The notes beneath the pieces were generated by a model. It had not been told where the DNA came from and searched no databases. It was given only the letters and a program-made list of their open reading frames with translations. The position numbers were made by a program, and so were the translations under genes. A DNA stretch of 64,000 nt from Shigella phage SSP1, in sequence record KY963424; one strand, given 5' to 3'. Shown in pieces: positions 62,517 to 64,000 of the stretch. Each line of letters opens with the position of its first letter. The stretch's first letter is position 1.

Positions 62517-62531
62517 AATAGGAAATAAAAT

Positions 62532-62732
62532 ATGGCTGATTTCTGCAAACAATGCTCCATTGATATGTGGGGCAGAGATACTGGTGATCTTTCTGGTTTG
62601 ATTACAGAAGCTGAAGTTAAAGAAGGCTACGGTGCTGTTGTGATTTGCGAAGGATGCGGAGTTATTCGAGTAGATCATGAAGGCAAACGTTTAGAAGATC
62701 CAGAACCAATCGCCACGGTTCCTGTAGAATAA
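62532..62732 (+). CDS. Small zinc-ribbon-like protein (66 aa)
   Basis: CKQC...CEGC two CxxC pairs; AATAGGAAATAAAATATG RBS. Confidence 0.45.
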   Translation: MADFCKQCSIDMWGRDTGDLSGLITEAEVKEGYGAVVICEGCGVIRVDHEGKRLEDPEPIATVPVE

Positions 62733-62739
62733 AAATTAT

Positions 62740-62815
62740 TGGGATGTAGATCAATTGGCAGATCGTCGGCCTCTGACTCCGAAGGTTCCACGTTCGATCC
62801 GTGGCATCCCAGCCA
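62740..62815 (+). tRNA. tRNA-Gln(CTG)
   Basis: Acceptor TGGGATG/CATCCCA perfect, D-stem GATC/GATC, anticodon loop CTCTGAC, T-arm CCACG-TTCGATC-CGTGG, CCA encoded. Confidence 0.7.
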
Positions 62816-62821
62816 AATAAT

Positions 62822-62897
62822 TGGAGAGTAGTGTAACGGTTAGCACAACGGCCTTTGACTCCGTTAATGGTAGGTTCGATTCCTCCTTCTCCAGCCA
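62822..62897 (+). tRNA. tRNA-Gln(TTG)
   Basis: Acceptor TGGAGAG/TTCTCCA, D-stem GTG/CAC, anticodon loop CTTTGAC, T-loop TTCGATT, CCA encoded; near-duplicate of the CTG isoacceptor. Confidence 0.7.
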
Positions 62898-62913
62898 AAA
62901 TAAATAAAGTATT

Positions 62914-63474
62914 ATGAAAATAATTCCTGAATTTCCAAACTATAGTATAACTGAGGATGGTAAGGTATGGTCTAAAAATATTAATGCATTTTTATCTCCA
63001 TATGTTAATAACTCAGGATACCCATGCTATAAACTCCACAAGAATGGTATTCAGTACACACAGTCTATCCATAGATTACTTGCTAGAGTGTATAAGGGTT
63101 TACCTTCACTAGACTCTGAACTAGAGGTAGATCATAAAGATACCGATCCTTCTAATTATAGTTTAGATAATATACAAGTTCTAAGTAAAGAAGAACACTT
63201 GAAGAAAACCCTTCAAGATAGGAAACAGTTGCCTTATAATACTATTTGCCCACTTTGCTCAGGCTACAAAGATCCTGGTGCTTCTAAGTGTAAGAAATGT
63301 TCTTCTTTATCACAAGTAAAAGATAAATCTGTTACCGTAGAACAGATCGAATACTGGGTTAAAAACTATTCTTGGGTAAGAGCTGGAAAGGAATTAGGTT
63401 ATTCAGATAGTGGATTACGTAAACGTTATAAAGCTCTTACTGGTAAAGACCCTAAACAAATAAAATGCGGTTAG
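62914..63474 (+). CDS. HNH homing endonuclease (NUMOD4-like N-terminus + HNH)
   Basis: EFPNYSITEDGKVWS; IHRLLARVY...EVDHKDTDPSNYSLDNIQVLSKEEHLKKT; paralog of 59196..59777; stop overlaps tRNA-Gly. Confidence 0.7.
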   Translation: MKIIPEFPNYSITEDGKVWSKNINAFLSPYVNNSGYPCYKLHKNGIQYTQSIHRLLARVYKGLPSLDSELEVDHKDTDPSNYSLDNIQVLSKEEHLKKTLQDRKQLPYNTICPLCSGYKDPGASKCKKCSSLSQVKDKSVTVEQIEYWVKNYSWVRAGKELGYSDSGLRKRYKALTGKDPKQIKCG

Positions 63475-63538
63475 CCTCATGGTGGGGACTTAGTCTTCCA
63501 AACTAATGGAGAGGGTTCGATTCCCTCTAGCCGCTCCA
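63467..63538 (+). tRNA. tRNA-Gly(TCC)
   Basis: Acceptor GCGGTTA/TAGCCGC, anticodon arm TTAGT-CTTCCAA-ACTAA, T-arm GAGGG-TTCGATT-CCCTC, CCA encoded; short D-arm. Confidence 0.7.
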
Positions 63539-63554
63539 ACTTTAAGGAAACGTT

Positions 63555-63776
63555 ATGCACGTTTTTGAATTTCGTAATAAAAGTACCGATAAACGAGTTA
63601 TTGTTATTGGAGAAACATACCGAGCATACGAACAAACTGACGGCTCTGTTATCCTGAATGACGAGAAAGGAGGTTTTAGCTTTTATCCCAAAGAAACTTA
63701 CGAAGAATTTCGTACAAAGTTTCTTCTACCAGACTGGCTAGAAGTAGCGCAGCAACGAGAACCCGAAGATGGCTGA
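63555..63776 (+). CDS. Hypothetical protein (73 aa)
   Basis: AAGGAAACGTTATG RBS. Confidence 0.45.
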   Translation: MHVFEFRNKSTDKRVIVIGETYRAYEQTDGSVILNDEKGGFSFYPKETYEEFRTKFLLPDWLEVAQQREPEDG

Positions 63777-63933
63777 TAATCTGAAAGTCAAGATCGATAA
63801 ACAAAAGAAACGTGTAGAAGTAGAGATTGGTGAAGAACGTGTAGCCTTCACCTTTGAATTTCTACAACAAATGGCAATGACAGTCATGACTGACAAGTCC
63901 CCTGTTATTGAAAAAGAAATCCCGTTGAAATAA
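63769..63933 (+). CDS. Hypothetical small protein (54 aa)
   Basis: ATG overlapping previous stop; below ORF-track cut-off. Confidence 0.3.
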   Translation: MADNLKVKIDKQKKRVEVEIGEERVAFTFEFLQQMAMTVMTDKSPVIEKEIPLK

Positions 63934-63941
63934 CGGGTTCT

Positions 63942-64000
63942 GCTGGGTTGGCAGAATGGTTGAATGCACCTGATTTGTAATCAGGAGGAGTAATCCCGTT
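63942..64000 (+). tRNA. tRNA, 3'-truncated by window edge (anticodon loop TTTGTAA, Thr-type TGT)
   Basis: D-arm GCA-GAATGGTTGAA-TGC and anticodon arm CCTGA-TTTGTAA-TCAGG visible; T-arm lies beyond window. Confidence 0.4.

Noticed and set aside
1-64000. Integrase, repressor or other lysogeny module; CRISPR arrays; toxin-antitoxin pairs
   Set aside because: None of the translations show integrase/recombinase or CI-like signatures and no repeat-spacer arrays were seen; the content is consistent with a strictly lytic T5-like phage

Overview
This 64 kb window looks like part of a T5-like (Demerecviridae/Tequintavirus-type) lytic phage genome, about 39% GC. The promoter upstream of the 234-aa gene at 27514..28218 matches, from memory, the classic T5 PN25 early promoter. 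Layout: (1) 1..10016, + strand: late tail genes (pb3-like 5'-partial, pb4-like, 140-aa collar-like, two L-shaped tail-fibre proteins each ending in an S74-type intramolecular chaperone domain). (2) 10054..36683, - strand: early replication/nucleotide block (dUTPase, flap endonuclease, SbcCD, helicases, family A DNA polymerase, primase, two-ORF NAD-dependent ligase, UL9-like origin-binding ATPase, Sir2-like, HAD hydrolase, NrdD), each unit behind a T5-type early promoter. (3) 36877..50907, + strand: early genes (HNH-AP2 endonucleases, PhoH, NrdAB, DHFR, ThyA, RNase H, NADAR, SleB-like hydrolase, small unknowns). (4) 50950..64000: tRNA cluster of about 21 tRNA genes I could fold by hand plus one partial, interleaved with HNH/T5orf172 mobile-element ORFs and small proteins. 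The most interesting unexplained content is in (4): an ~850 nt ORF-less region behind a strong promoter, a series of 100-140 nt tRNA-like or stem-closed structured RNAs that are not canonical tRNAs, and a minus-strand two-gene island (glycine-zipper membrane protein plus Q-rich disordered protein) with its own host-like promoter. All calls come from reading the six-frame translations and the DNA by eye; no searches or folding programs were run, so tRNA boundaries and product names are hypotheses with the stated confidence.
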